A stretch of DNA of 64,000 nucleotides from Squalus acanthias. Lineage: Eukaryota. The notes beneath the pieces were generated by a model that had not been told where the DNA came from, searched no databases, and was given only the letters and a program-made list of their open reading frames with translations. Shown here one piece after another: positions 50,401-63,572 of this stretch. The position numbers and the translations under genes were made by a program. Each line of letters starts with the position of its first letter. Positions within the stretch are counted from its first letter, which is position 1. The stretch spans positions 124,002,001 through 124,066,000 of the forward strand of contig CM059432.1 of assembly GCA_030390025.1 (NCBI GenBank). The letters run 5' to 3'.

Positions 50401-53160
50401 GACTTTGGAATCAAAAACACAATTTCTAAATTTACAGATGACACCAAATTGGGGGGTATAGTCAATACTGAAGAGGACTGTAACAAATTACAGGAAGACA
50501 TTAATAAACTTGCAGATGGGCATATAATTGGAAAATGAATTTCAACACAGATAAATGTGAGGTATTACATTTTGGTAGGAAGAATAGAGAGGACACATAT
50601 TATTTGGAGGGTGCGAGTCTGGATGGGGTAGAGGAACAAAGGGATCTCGGAGTACAAATATACAAATTACTAAAAGTAGCGACACAGGTTAGCAAGGCCA
50701 TAAAAAAAGCAAACCAAGCACTAGGGTATATTTCTAGAGGGATAGAATTGAAAAGTAGTGAAGTTATGCTAAACTTGTATCGAACATTAGTTAGACCACA
50801 CTTGGAGCACTGCGGAAAAGAGTAGCAAAAGTAAATGTTGGTCCCTTAGAGGCTGAGACAGGAGAAATTATTATGGGAATAAGGAAATGGCAGAAATGTT
50901 AAACAAATATTTTGTATCTGTCTTCACAGTAGAAGACACAAAAAACATACCAAAAATTGTGGGGAACCAAGGGTCTAATGAGGGTGAGGAACTTAACGTA
51001 ATTAATATAAGTAGAGAAAAAGTACTGGAGAATCTAATGGGACCAAAAGCCAACAAATCCCCTGGACCTGATGGCCTACATCCTAGGGTTCGAAAAGAGG
51101 TGGCTGAAGAGATAGTGGATGCATTGGTTTTGATCTTTCAAAATTCCCTAGATTCTGGAATGGTCCCAGCGGATTGGAAGGTTGCAAATGTAACACCGCT
51201 ATTCAAGAAAGGAGGGAGAGAAAAAACAGGGAACTACAGGCCAGTTAGCCTGACATCAGTAGTCGGGAAAATGCTGGAATCTATTGTTAAGGAAGTGGTA
51301 TCAAATCACTTAGAATATCATAACATGATTAGGCAGAGTCAACATGGTTTTATGAAAGGGAAATCATGTTTGACAAATTTATTAGAGGTTTTTGAGGATG
51401 TAACTAGCAGGGTAGATAAAGGGGAACCAGCGGATGTAATATATTTGGATTTCCAAAAGGCATTCGATAAGGTGCCACATAATAGGTTATTACACAAGAT
51501 TAGGGCTCATGGGGTTGGGGGTAATATAGTAGCACGGATAGAGGATTGGTTAACGGACAGAAAACAGAGAGTAGGGATAAACAGATCTTTTTCAGGTTGG
51601 CAGGCTGTAACTAGTGGGGTGCCGCAAGGATCAATGTTGGGGCCTCAGCTATTTACAATCTATATTAATGACCTAGATGAAGGGACTGAGTGTAATGTAT
51701 CCAAGTTTGCTGATGATACAAAGCTAGGTGGGACAGTAAGCTGTGAGGAGAACACAAAGAGTCTGCAAAGGGATATAGATAGACTAAGTGAGTGGGCAGT
51801 AAGGCGGCAGATGGAGAATAATGTAGGGAAATGTGAGGTTATTCACTTTGGTAGGAAGAATAGAAAAACAGAATTTTTTTAAATGGTGAGAAACTTTCAA
51901 ATGTTGGTGTTCAGAGAGATTTGGGTGTCCTCGTGCAAGAAACACAGAAAGCTAGCATGCAGGTACAGCAAGCCATAAGGAAGGCAAATTGCATGTTGGC
52001 CTTTATTGCAAGGGGGTTGGAGTATAAGAGTAAGGAAGTCTTGATACAATTGTACAGTGCTTTGGTGAGACCACAACTGGAGTACTGTGCACAGTTTTGG
52101 TCTCCTTATCTAAGGAAGGATATGCTTGCCTTGGAGGCGGTGCAACGAAGGTTCACTAGATTGATTCCTGGGATGAGAGGGCTGTCCTATGATGAGAGAT
52201 TGTGTAGAATGGGCCTATACTCTCTGGAGTTTTGAAGAATGAGAGGTGATCTCATTGAAACATACAAGATTCTGAAGGGGATTGACAGGGTAGATGCTGA
52301 GAGGTTGTTTCCCCTGGCTGGAGTGTCTAGAACTAGGGGGCATAGTCTCAGGATAAGGGGTAGGCCATTTAAGACTGAGATGAGGAGGAATTTCTTCACT
52401 CAGAGGGTTGTGAATCTTTGGTATTCTCTGCCCCAGAGGGCTGTGAATGCTGAGTCTTTGAGTATATTCAAGGCTGAGATAGAAAGATTTTTGGACTCTA
52501 GGGGAATCAAGGGATATGGAGATCAGGCGGGAAAGTGGAGTTGAGGTCGATGATCAGCCACGATCTTATTGAATGGCGGAGCAGGCTCGAGGGCCGTATG
52601 GCCTACTCCTGCTCTTATTTCTTATGTTCTTATGTACAAATCTGGTCGCCATATTATAGAAAGGATATAGAGGCACTGGAGAGGGTGCAGAGAAGATTTA
52701 CAAGGATGATACCAGAAATGCAAGGTTTTACCTATGAGGAAAAGATGAACAGGCTGGGTCTCTTTTCTCTTGAAAAGAGAAGGCTGTCCTAATAGAGGTC
52801 TTTAAAATTATGAAAGGTTTTGACAGAGTAGATACAGAGAGAGTGTTTCCACTATAGGCCATCAATATAAGATAGTCACCAAGAAATCAAATATGGAATT
52901 CAGGAGAAACTTCTTTACTCAGAGAGTGGTGAGAATGTGGAACTCGCTACCACAGGGAGTGGTTGAAGCGAATAGTATAGATGCATTTAAGGGGAGGTTA
53001 GATAAGCATATGAGGGAGAAGGGAATAGCGGGTTATGCTGATAAGAGTTAGATGAGGAAAGACAGGAGGAGGCTCGAGTGGGGCATAAACGCCGGCATGG
53101 ACTGGTTGGTCCAAATGGCCTGTTTCTGTGCCGTATATCCTATGTAATCCTATGTAATCT
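50401..53160 (+). mobile_element. 5'-truncated CR1 (outer copy; 50401-50812 and 52635-53160)
   Basis: DFGIKNTISKFTDDTKLGG...LVRPHLEHC | VQIWSPYYRKDI...; (atcctatgta)n tail at ~53137-53158. Confidence 0.92.
50813..52634 (+). mobile_element. 5'-truncated CR1 nested in another CR1
   Basis: 331-aa RT-containing ORF (NYRPVSLTS, LDFQKAFDKV, GVPQGS, FADDTK); (ttatgttc)n tail ending 52634. Confidence 0.95.
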
Positions 53161-55626
53161 CATTTGCACTGCTAGTTTACTACGTGGTGCATTCAAGGTA
53201 ACATTAGAAGGAGCTCAACAGAATTTAATTTTAATTTTAGGCGGTGCACTCTGATACAACCGCTGCCAACATGAAGCAAAATACTCCTGGAATACCACGT
53301 AGCTGCAAAAGATTTTTTACTTAAAAAGATACTTTAAAAATTCTTATAGCTTCTACAATTAGGGACCTCTTCTGGCCGAGGGAGAAAAAGGCCTTTCGCT
53401 GTTTAAACTGGTAATAAAGGCCCTGTTTACTCCACAACACTCTAATGCAATTCTGCCGCATGCCCAAAATAGTTGGAAACAGTTTCACGGGCATTTACTT
53501 CACGGCACAAAACGACAATCATCACTGCCAAATAAAACAGATAAATCAACGCTCGGAGGTACTGAAAGGCATTCTGCGCTGTGTGTGCACTGATGCATTA
53601 ATAATCAAATTCATCCCATAGTTTAAACATGTTTGCTGTGTCTTATTTACCTTTTCAAACTCCATTTACATTAACATGTGACAGACACAGACAATGGCGA
53701 TCTGCGCATTTTAATAGGGAAAAGCTCATCACTAAAAAGATCACTGCGCCAGCACTCATAAATCCATTATATGACAAAATGAAAATTCAAGATATTGACA
53801 GTACTGGAAATTAAAATACTGAAGCTAGGCACTTAGTAAATAGAGAAAGGTTAAACTCAGAGTAAATTGTGAGGATGAGATAGACTGTTGTTGATCTTTC
53901 CCCCCAATTTACTTTCTAACCGGTGGAGCTCAAAAATACTTAAGAATATGTATTTAGTCATGTTTCACTGTGTATAAAAATAGCAGAATATACTGAAGGA
54001 AGGGGTGACGTGGCTGAACTCTATTTGAGGTTGATGTTTTCTTGTTTGATACATATTTGTCAAATCATGTCCTATCACTTGCAGACCTGACCATGGCAAG
54101 TCAGAGAGAATGTTTGAAATACTGTAATTGTTTAATTATGGTTGCTATAAGGTGCTTTTGTTTGGATTCTGAGCAGAAAGTGTTGTGTGATATATTTGCC
54201 GTTGATGGTCGTATTCTTTTAGGAGCTCCTGAACCTGTCATACCTTATGCCGAGTGCAAGCGATTTGTTGCGGCAGGAGGTCCCATGATGAATCTCACGG
54301 CCTTCACCTACCAGTGGAATCTGTCCAGCTTCTTCCCTGACCAGCACTTTAAGTTCAATCAGCAGTATGTTTTAAAATGCTCGTGCTCTGCCTTTCTTTA
54401 CCCACCTAACAGCGAAAGAAGACTCCAGACTCCGAATGCAACAGCCGGTCTTACAATCAGCAAGTGCTCAGCTCTGTTCTGTACACTGGCACTTTGACAC
54501 ACACTCTCATTGTAACCAGTGTCGGTGAGTGGAGTGGAACTGAACACTTAGAGATAGGACTGGACCCTGTCGCTGCTGAACACAGGAATTCAGACCTGGT
54601 TTGCAGTTTGGTAGTGAAGCATGAGAACTTGATACAGTCATTTGCGAGTGTGTCAAGCAGCTTGTATGGTTTGGGGGCATCCATTGTCCAAAACCCAGTA
54701 TCTGTGCAGTTCTGCATGATAACCTGAAAAGTTGCAGACCACTATGAAGAGGGTCCTCTACAGTGAAGCTCCCCTTGGCTGAGGTCCTCAACTCAGTCGT
54801 AGCTTCTTTAATGAATGCATACACACAGCCTCTTTGGGCAATCATAGATTCTGCATGCAGGTTTCTTCAGCTATGTCCAGGTCCAATTGGCCCTATGAAC
54901 CGAGGGGCCAAATGGCCTACTCCTGCTCCCATTCCTTATGAACCAAAGGGTGTAGTAAGGGCAGCTCAGAATTGATTACCAAAGGTGGAAAAACACATGT
55001 CTGAAATGCCTCCTCCTACACAACCTGCAAATACAGAGAGATTCTCAGAGGTATACAGGGAGTGCACAATGAAATGGCTCAGGAGAGAGGAGCATCTCAG
55101 AGCTATGTGACTGTATAATTCATTTGTCCACTAGAGTGGTATAGGGGATAGGGGAAAAGTGGCAATTGCTAATCAGGTTTATTAAGGATGGAAAGGGCCT
55201 CAGATACCTGAACTCAGCCTGCATATTGGGAGTAAAAAGCAAAGCAGAGAGAGGGTGAGGAGAGTGACTGGGGGAATAGGAGGAATTTGCCTTTGGAATA
55301 GTAAATAAACATGTGGCAGCTTTAACAAATGTAAATTAACCGTTCCTTGTATATATATATATATCATTTTCCTGTTAAAACTGTTGTGTTGTTTTAATGT
55401 TTTTAATCTAAAAAGAACCAAATTCATTTTTACCTCCAAATGGTTTCCTGGCTTTGTGCCACCAGTAGTTTTGCCACACTGAACAGGAGTGAGCAGGGCT
55501 TATAAACAACACGTCCTGGCATGGTCTGTGAATAGCTAGTCTTGCTGTCAATCATAAACAACAGTGGAAGTTGTAGGTAGAGGCAATTTGGAAGCTGTAG
55601 TCTGCTTCCTTTTTGAATCTTTTCAG

Positions 55627-55728
55627 CTGACAGTGATAGCTTTAGGGATGTATCTGGACTCGAGCTTCAGACTTCTCAGATGGAAAATATTGTTAGACAT
55701 TTTAAACTCTCAAAATGCTGTTGGAGAG
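55627..55728 (+). other. Candidate 102-nt exon
   Basis: Acceptor cttcctttttgaatcttttcag and donor GAG|gtaagt; length divisible by 3; two frames open. No recognised product. Confidence 0.3.
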
Positions 55729-56419
55729 GTAAGTTTACTTATTTTCTTGTATTTTTGTGTCTATTATATTACAAACCTTATTTATTGGAGGAAGACGTCA
55801 AAGAAGTGGGTAAAGCGATATCCAGAAAATATTTAGAGTGATTGGGTTGGTTAATCTCCTACTTATTTATTGGTAGCTTTTGATGATTTGCATTTGTAGT
55901 GGTGTGACACCTGAAGTGTGACATACTGAACTTCCATGCCATTGCTGACAGAAGTTATACTGTTGCAAGGGAGGCTTAAGTGTGGAAGTCAGGTAAGGGT
56001 GCACACCTCCACTAAACCAACTTGGAAAGAGGTTTGTAAGATATCTCATCAGAGACAGTGATGTGCTTTGTCACTGGTTACTGGAAAAAAATGTAAATAA
56101 TATTTTCTTTACCAACTACAGGTAGGTGAATATATATATTTCTCCAGTCACATTTATGTGATTAAATAAATGTTTATATGTAATAAAGAGGAACAGCTGT
56201 TTACTTTTACTGCCCATCTGTTTAAAGTGAGGCTTTTTGTAGTGAAGGCTAAGAAATATATAACACTTCAGTTTAATCTTTCCATATTTGCATCTTTCCT
56301 TCTTTACCAATTACCTCTGCAACAATAGTCAGTATAGTTAGACAGAATATTTTGGTAAAATATTTTAAGTTCAGCACTTATTTAGAACCCCCCCCCCCCC
56401 GCAACACTGAATAATGGTA

Positions 56420-56626
56420 CAGTCCTGCCAGAAGGTGCCACTGTTTATACTCAAAAGCTTTCACTGTTTATATAAATATAAATGAGGAAAAGGCAACTAC
56501 TGTAACTACTTATAATAAATTCAAAAAACATAAAGACCTGCTACAAGGCCTTTCTTTCTTCCATTTATATTTATATGAACAGTGAAAGCTTGTGAGTATA
56601 AAAAGTGCCAACTTCTGGAATGACTC
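56420..56626. mobile_element. Tc1/mariner-type palindromic MITE
   Basis: ~70-bp inverted arms, TA-CAGTC left end, TA flanks (56418-56419, 56627-56628). Confidence 0.75.
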
Positions 56627-56635
56627 TACCATCTC

Positions 56636-56875
56636 TTGGATGAGACGTTAAACCGAGGTGGACATAAAAGATCCCACGGCACTATTCGAAGAAGAGCAGG
56701 GGAGTTCTCCTCAGTGTCCTGGCCAACATTTTTCTTTCAACCAACACCACTAAAACAGATGATCTGGTCATTATCACATTGCTGTCTGTGGGAGCTTGCT
56801 GTGTGCAAATTGGCTGCCGCGTTTCCTACATCACAACAGTATCTACACTTCAAACGTACTTAATAAGCCATTATG
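56636..56875 (+). mobile_element. Deu-domain SINE (AmnSINE/SacSINE-like), head missing
   Basis: ggatgagacgttaaaccgagg...aaaagatccc...ggcactatt...gaagagcaggggagttctcc...gtgtcctggccaa matches the Deu-domain as recalled. Confidence 0.7.
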
Positions 56876-57688
56876 GGAGATCAGCTAACATGTATAGTAT
56901 AAATGTTCTTGCTTTCAAAGTTAAGTTAGAAACAGTAGAAAAATTCTGCTTTAAGTTGTTTCGAAGCTTTATACGAAAAAAAAAATCCTGGTTACTCCTA
57001 AAAGGGGTTTCCCTGGAGTTTTTCCATTCTCCATAATTTTCTATTGGAAGCAGCAAATCTTTCAAGTCCTAGAGCATTTAGTGAATGACCAGTTTTTCTG
57101 TTAGTCATTATAATTTGTAAGAGAGGTAGATACACTTGCATCTTTAGCCTGGTTATTTGAGTCTCTTAAGCTACTGGTGATTGATCTGGAAAACTGCATA
57201 AACTCAAAGTTCAGGCTGTCCACATAGGCAGGGTTCAATTGGAAAACATTGAGGCAGGTTTAAAATGTTATTGTACAGGTAAGCGTTTATCATTTTTCTT
57301 GTCATTTTTATACCCTTATTATGTTACAAGCCTTATTTGCAACAGTAAGTGCTCAAGTTAATGAGGGAACCAAATTGGAAACCAAATGGATTTTCAAAAA
57401 GCTTTTGGATCAATTTAATTGCTTTCCTTTCATTTTTTATTGGTTGTCTTTGCTGACCATTCATTTTGAAATGTAGTTTCTTGAACTTCATGATTAGCGC
57501 TTTTTATTCCTGCTTGCTACTTGCTGGTTGCCATGTTCCCCACCTGTTCAGTTGTGAATACAAAATTTGAGCCAATTAAGCACCAACGAGGGACAAAAAA
57601 TTTGCAAGTGAAATAATATAACACCTGTGTTACGCTGAAATGTAATGCCTCACGTGTGATGGACACAGGTGTATGCGATACACAACAT

Positions 57689-57716
57689 TATATATATATA
57701 TATATATATATATATA
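57689..57716. repeat. (TA)n microsatellite
   Basis: About 14 TA units. Confidence 0.95.
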
Positions 57717-57934
57717 GGATATGTGAACACATAGAAGGTCAAATTACAATTGTCTTCATACTGTGATTTTCACATGGGGCACTGAAGCTGTCCTATCATT
57801 TCTCTATTATTGAAATAAGCAGGTGTTAGTTTCAATATTGCAGAGAGAGGCAGATGGCATATGCTGTAATTCTACATTTGTTGTAATTGCAAAACTGCCA
57901 GGGAAATTTAGAGAGCTATATTTGGATGGGCAGA

Positions 57935-58560
57935 AATAAGAACATAAGAACATAAGAAATAAGAGCAGGAGTAGGCCATACGGCCCTCAAGCCTGCTCCG
58001 CCATTCAATAAGATCATGGCTGATCATCAACCTCAACTCCACTTTCCTGCCCAAACTCCATATCCCTTGATTCCCCTAGAGTCAAAAATCTGTCTATCTC
58101 AGCCTTGAATATACTCAAAGACTCAGCATTCACAGCCCTCTGGGGCAGAGAATTCCAAAGATTCACAACCCTCTGAGTGAAGAAATTCCTCCTCATCTCA
58201 GTCTTAAATGGCCTACCCCTTATCCTGAGACTATGCCCCCTAGTTCTAGACACTCCAGCCAGGGGAAACAACCTCTCAGCATCTACCCAGTCAATCCCCT
58301 TCAGAATCTTGTATGTTTCAATGAGATCACCTCTCATTCTTCTAAACTCCAGAGCGTATAGGCCCAATCTACACAATCTCTTATCATAGGACAGCCCTCT
58401 CATCCCAGGAATCAATCTAGTGAACCTTCGTTGCACCGCCTCCAAGGCAAGTATATCCTACCTTAGATAAGGAGACCAAAACTGTGCACAGTACCCCAGG
58501 TGTGGTCTCACCAAAGTAATGTACAATTGTAGCAAGACGTCCTTACTCTTATACTCCAAT
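57935..58560 (-). mobile_element. 5'-truncated CR1
   Basis: Very similar to the reverse complement of ~52015-52634; (aacataag)n tail. Confidence 0.95.
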
Positions 58561-59598
58561 AAGGCCTTAGCCACACAGATGTAATACTGGTTTCACCATC
58601 CCAGCTATTTCCAGTTGAATTAGTAAGGTCTTTATTTAAATATTTTAGTTTACTGCACCATTTAATGCCCAAAAAGTGTCACTCACCCTAGCCGGTGCCT
58701 TTGTTCATGTTGTGGACAAAACTCCAGTCTTTTGTGGGGCATTTTAAAAGAATAAATAATTAAGTTTCTGGAGCAATGCCAAGGGCATCTTCAAGTTATT
58801 GCTATGGCACTAATACTAGAAAACTGAAAATAAAGCCAATTTCCACTGCCTCACCCCTCATAAAATGCAATAGAAGTACTAAGCCATTAGGAGTTCTGTA
58901 GATATCTTTCAGCGAATTAAGCCGAAGACAATCAGAAAATGGGTGGTAATCCCACTGTCCACTATCCCTTCGAACAGGTTACTTTTGATTCTCTCCCTTT
59001 ACCAATATGGGGCAAGGGTGCACAGAAGTGAAATAATGAATGCAGAATGAAGCCTCACGTGAGTGCCTGGGGACAGCATTGCTCACACAAGATGAACCCC
59101 AGAATTATGGTGACTCCTTTGTTTAATAAGAAAAACTCGGTAAAGAAGGAGGTCCATAAACCCAGGTGATCTAAATGTTCCTGTATTGTTGTTTTCACTG
59201 CCTTATAGATGGCACTGAGAACTTCACTTTGACATTAGAAACTCAAAAAACTGGAAATGCCGGGTATGCAGGCAGAGGTGTTCATTCCTGCTCCATTGGA
59301 GTGACAGGACAAAGGTCAAACTAGATGAGACCAAGAATGTACCGAAAGTGAAATATTCTTGACTTTCTGTTCACTAGTTTATCACAGTGGTACTCCCCTC
59401 AAAATTGTAGAGCATCATCTCAATAAGAACCAAAATAGTGTTAGTTATAGCTCTGCTAATAGTATAGAGGTTCTGGTTGTTTAACAGAGCAAGGTTTCGT
59501 GATGCAGCACAATATCCTCTGGTGAGATAAGACGGAAAGGTACAAGGTTGAGCAACATGACCAACTGTAATGGTTTCTGCATATGAATGAATGTGTGT

Positions 59599-60370
59599 GG
59601 GCGCGATCTTGCCAGCCCTGGGGAGGCGGGTATGGAGCGGGACTTCCGGGAAAAAGGCAGAATTTGGGGGCAGGTGCCCAACCCGCCCCCCAACCCGCCT
59701 CCATGCCATCTTGCCAGGAGGCAGGAAGCCGTCCCGCGCCGGGTCCCGTTTCCTTGGAGGCGGGAAGGGATTACAGCCACTTAACTGCCTGTTAACAGGT
59801 AGTTAACAGGCAGATAAGAGGATTATCCCCATTTTGTCCAAACAAGTGCGGGCTTCCCGAAGGCTCCGAAACCCGCCAGGGTCACCGAGGCGAGTAGTGG
59901 GTCTGCGGGGTCTGAGGGGTCCAAAAGTGTGCTGTGGAGGTGAGTGATGGCTGCAAGTGTGGAGAGGTGAGTATCTGAGGTAAGTGCAAAGTGTTAGAAA
60001 AAGTGTACTTACCTTTGTTTCTTCCTGTAGGCTTCAGTCGGTGGGTATGCAGAGAGTCTCGAACCTCCGCGGTAGAGATGACAGATGGCCGTTGCATTCT
60101 CCAATGCAACAACCATCTAATTTCTACAAAAGAAAGAGGTTTGATGAGGTCTTGAATTCAAGGACTCATCAAACTACAGAGAATGTCAGTGTTTGACAGC
60201 TTCACAGAGCTGTTAAACGATGACAATTCATCTGTCAAATGGTGGGCGGGCTTAACAAGGTCAATCAAGGGAAAATAGCATGGGTTGGCCAGAAATTGAT
60301 GGAGGCGGAACTGAAACTCGACAGGTGGGAGTCCCGCTTCCAAAAGCTCCCCATTGGCAAAATCCAGCCC
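59599..60370 (-). mobile_element. Harbinger-type non-autonomous element, both ends present
   Basis: TIRs gggcgcgatcttgcca / tggcaaaatccagccc; sister copy of 2648-3268; inserted in a GT run. Confidence 0.82.
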
Positions 60371-61381
60371 GTGTGTCTTTTGTAGAGATAAATGTTTGTA
60401 AAAATGACAGAGTGCAAGCTGTGGGGGTTTGTACCCTCTACTGCATGCTTTCAGCACCACCTGTACGACTGGCTTACGTTGGCCAGCTCCAATTCTGTAT
60501 TTAAGCAAAGCCAGTCGACCAGCAATCACTTATACAAGATGTAACACTCCCTGAACATTCGTAAGGCAACATTACCAATGTATTGCAGATTACAGAAACT
60601 GCGTTAAAATATATCACTGTAGTTGCACCTGGAATTATCCTGATTGAAACAAAATAGCTGCCCCCAAGGCTGCACTGACCTGATAATTGCTCTTGAATAT
60701 GGGTAACATAGAAATGCATCAAGTATTGAGAAATGTAGCCAAGTCAGAAAGAGTCTGGGGTATCTTGCCGTGAAGAATCACAATAGCTGTCTTTACAATG
60801 ATAAGTTTATGCTCAGTGTTTATTACTCCCATCAGTGAAATTAGCATGGTTAATGAGTTTTATTTACAAAACAGGTGAGAAGAATTATCTCATAGTTTGG
60901 TACTTCCTGCCTGGAATATGTAATGCTTTGCTGCGGAATGCAGTCCTATCACTCTGCTAAATGTAAAATACTTTAGTTAAATTTAGTATGAATGCACACA
61001 AAAAAACACAAACGAAAATAAAGCTGATGTCCTGCTTAATTATGCCTATGTAAATGACGATATAAAGATTATTCTTCCATGTTTAAAATACATTTTGATT
61101 AATTTTCACCAATGCTGTCAAAGAATGAGCACCATGACTCACTATTTCCAGGAGAGCTGAACCTGAGTTATCAGTAAATATTTGGACAGAGTGAGATGAA
61201 CAAGGTTCGAAATGAGCTAAGCAGACTTCAAAGCTTGGATGGCTTTTTATGGAGGGAAGGCTGAACCTTTTCCAGCTTGGCTTGAATTCTGTGATTGTTA
61301 TGTGCCTTTGTTTTCAAGAAATGACTAGATGTCAAAGTATGCTTTGGTTTGGGGTTCACTCGTCACTAGTTAGGAGTGAGC

Positions 61382-61870
61382 CTTTTGCAGAGTGGTAGCA
61401 TTACCACCTCAGAGTCAGAAGGAGAAGGATTTGAGCCCCAATCCAGATAGCCCTGGTACATGGAGACCAGAATATGGTATCTAAATACTCGATTTACATC
61501 CAACCGCATCCAGACTAAGTGCCCACTGGTTCAGTGGTAGTATTCCTGCCTCTGAGTCCGAAGAGTTGGGTTCGGGCCCCACTCCAGATAGCCCTGGTGA
61601 GCAGAGACTGGAGCACCAACTCTGAATACTGGGTTGATGCCCAGTGGGGGTACTTGCATCCGATGTGTGTGGGAGGCTCCCTCATATCATAAAGGGTAGG
61701 TGGGGCTCTTTAGCCTGGGATGCAGTCCATCTAGGAGAAAGTTTTCTGAAGATAAAAACCGCAAGGAAGGCAATGAGAAACCACCTCAGCTACTCTTCCC
61801 GAGTAAGTGGCTCAAGAATCTCACGTGTGAGACTTGAGTTAGGGCCTGCCCTAGGTACGAGCAAAAAAAA
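61382..61870 (+). mobile_element. tRNA-headed SINE with duplicated head and RTE-like body/tail
   Basis: Two tandem heads (agtggtag...gagtc.gaag...ccagatagccctggt at ~61391-61460 and ~61533-61600); cagtccatctaggagaaag and aaggaaggcaatgagaaaccac resemble RTE-related SINE segments; poly(A) at 61863-61870. Confidence 0.5.
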
Positions 61871-62349
61871 CATCACTGATTAGGTCCTTCATAAACATCT
61901 GGGCTAATAGAAGCTACTGAAGAAAGACAGAAGGGATGAAACAGTGTGTGCAATGGTATATACTGTTGTAAAATTGCCACACCGGATCATGTGGCCTATT
62001 GACAAGGTGACCCAGACCTTAAACAATGCTGGCCAGCTGGTTGTCTTTGTACCAGTACCTCTAAGGTCAGAAACATTTATTTGCTACTAATTCTAGATTC
62101 AGAACTTTGCTCCAAGCTAAATTAGGATTGTTTTCAGTTTTTGGTCAATAACATCACACAATTTGTTTGCCATTTCTTTGCTAACGAAATATATTACCTT
62201 AAATAGATACCCACAAAATTCCATTTTCCATTTTGTAGTTATCTACTTAACCCGAAAGCAGTGTCAACATCCCTTAGAATGTAAATGCCCTTATACTGGA
62301 GGTCATCTAATGACTCTGCCGGTCAAGAATAGAGTAGTTGAGCAATACT

Positions 62350-62570
62350 GACGCTTCCTGGGCTAGGCTAACTTAGCTAACCTCAGCCAGGGCTATAACT
62401 TGCCTCAGCATCTCTGGATTGCAGAAAGTCGACGAGGGTCCCTGCTCCTGATTGCTATCCAGCAACCCCTGCTGGCTGTGTGTGTGTATGCGTGCAAGGG
62501 GGAAGCGACAGATTACGATAAGACTGAGTGCAGCTACAGTGCTCTTGTGTTTGAAGAGCCTACTGCCACG
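62350..62570 (+). mobile_element. Ancient SINE fragment (LF-SINE-like)
   Basis: cctgctcctgattgctatccagcaacccctgctgg motif recalled from ancient vertebrate SINEs; family call uncertain. Confidence 0.35.
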
Positions 62571-62985
62571 CAGATTTTCCTCTGTGGCTTGATCTGCTGT
62601 ATGTTGGAATAAGTTTTTTTATCCTTCTGGCTGACCCTGGCAGGGTTTCTGAGGCCAGCCTTATCCCAGCGGGATACCTGCCTGCTGGGAGAGCGGAGAG
62701 TGTAAAATGACCACTGTCGCATTCCAGGGTTTTTTGGCCATTCTTCCACAGAAAGGATTTGGAAGAAAAGAGTTACTTTTAATGCTAGGCTTTCAAAAAG
62801 TATAGCATATTCAGACACGTTTTAAAAACAAGGGCTGGGATGATAGGTAGTTAAAGTGCTAAGGAGCTAGCAATGATCTTGATTCCCCATCGACTGTAAA
62901 TGAACAATTATTTGACTGGCTTGGCAATCACAAAACATCTCACAACCATTGCATTGGAAAATCTTTGACCATTTTTGTTTTTCAG

Positions 62986-63314
62986 TTTAAATCCCACCAC
63001 GGCAGCTGTGGAATTTAAATTCAGTTAATTAAATAAATCTGGAATAAAAAGCTAGCATCAGTAATGGTGACCATGAAACTACCGGATTGTTGTAAAAACC
63101 CATTTGGTTCACTAATGTCCTTTAGGGAAGGAAATCTGCCGCCCTTAGCCGGTCTGGCCTATATGTGACTCCAGATCCACAGCTATGTGGTTGACTCTTA
63201 CCTGCCTGCTGAAATGGCCCAGCAAGCCACTCAGTTGTTCAAGGGCAATTAGGGATGGGCAATAAATGCTGGCCTTGCCAGCGATGCCCACATCCCATGA
63301 ACAAATAAAAAAAA
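62986..63314 (+). mobile_element. SINE (Meta-domain-like body) sharing 5' and 3' ends with the LINE at 16380-18823
   Basis: 62995-63237 matches the reverse complement of 18576-18823; 63238-63314 matches the LINE 3' tail; B-box-like remnant gtttaaatccc at the 5' edge. Confidence 0.85.
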
Positions 63315-63399
63315 ATTCCAACTTTATTGCCTCATTTCAATGCGTCTGCCCAATTATGGTTGGGTGTTTCCACTGTCTGGTAGGTAAAAATAGGCAAGG

Positions 63400-63572
63400 A
63401 TCAACATAATGGATGGCTAACCACAATCCAACCCACTACTGATGGAAAACCGGCAAAGTGGCTGTACCATACAGCAGCTGCACATAATGTTTGATAACTT
63501 GTCATGATTTTTGAGCAGCATCTTCTCCCCCATCTGACCAAATATTGGAATCTCTGCTTCAGCATACCAATT
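63400..63572 (-). pseudogene. Harbinger transposase C-terminal remnant
   Basis: IIGMLKQRFQYL...NIMCSCCMV motifs; cut by the CR1 insertion. Confidence 0.6.

Noticed and set aside
54042..54845. Cluster of 86-151 aa ORFs
   Set aside because: No recognisable domain; partly resembles decayed Harbinger partner-gene sequence.
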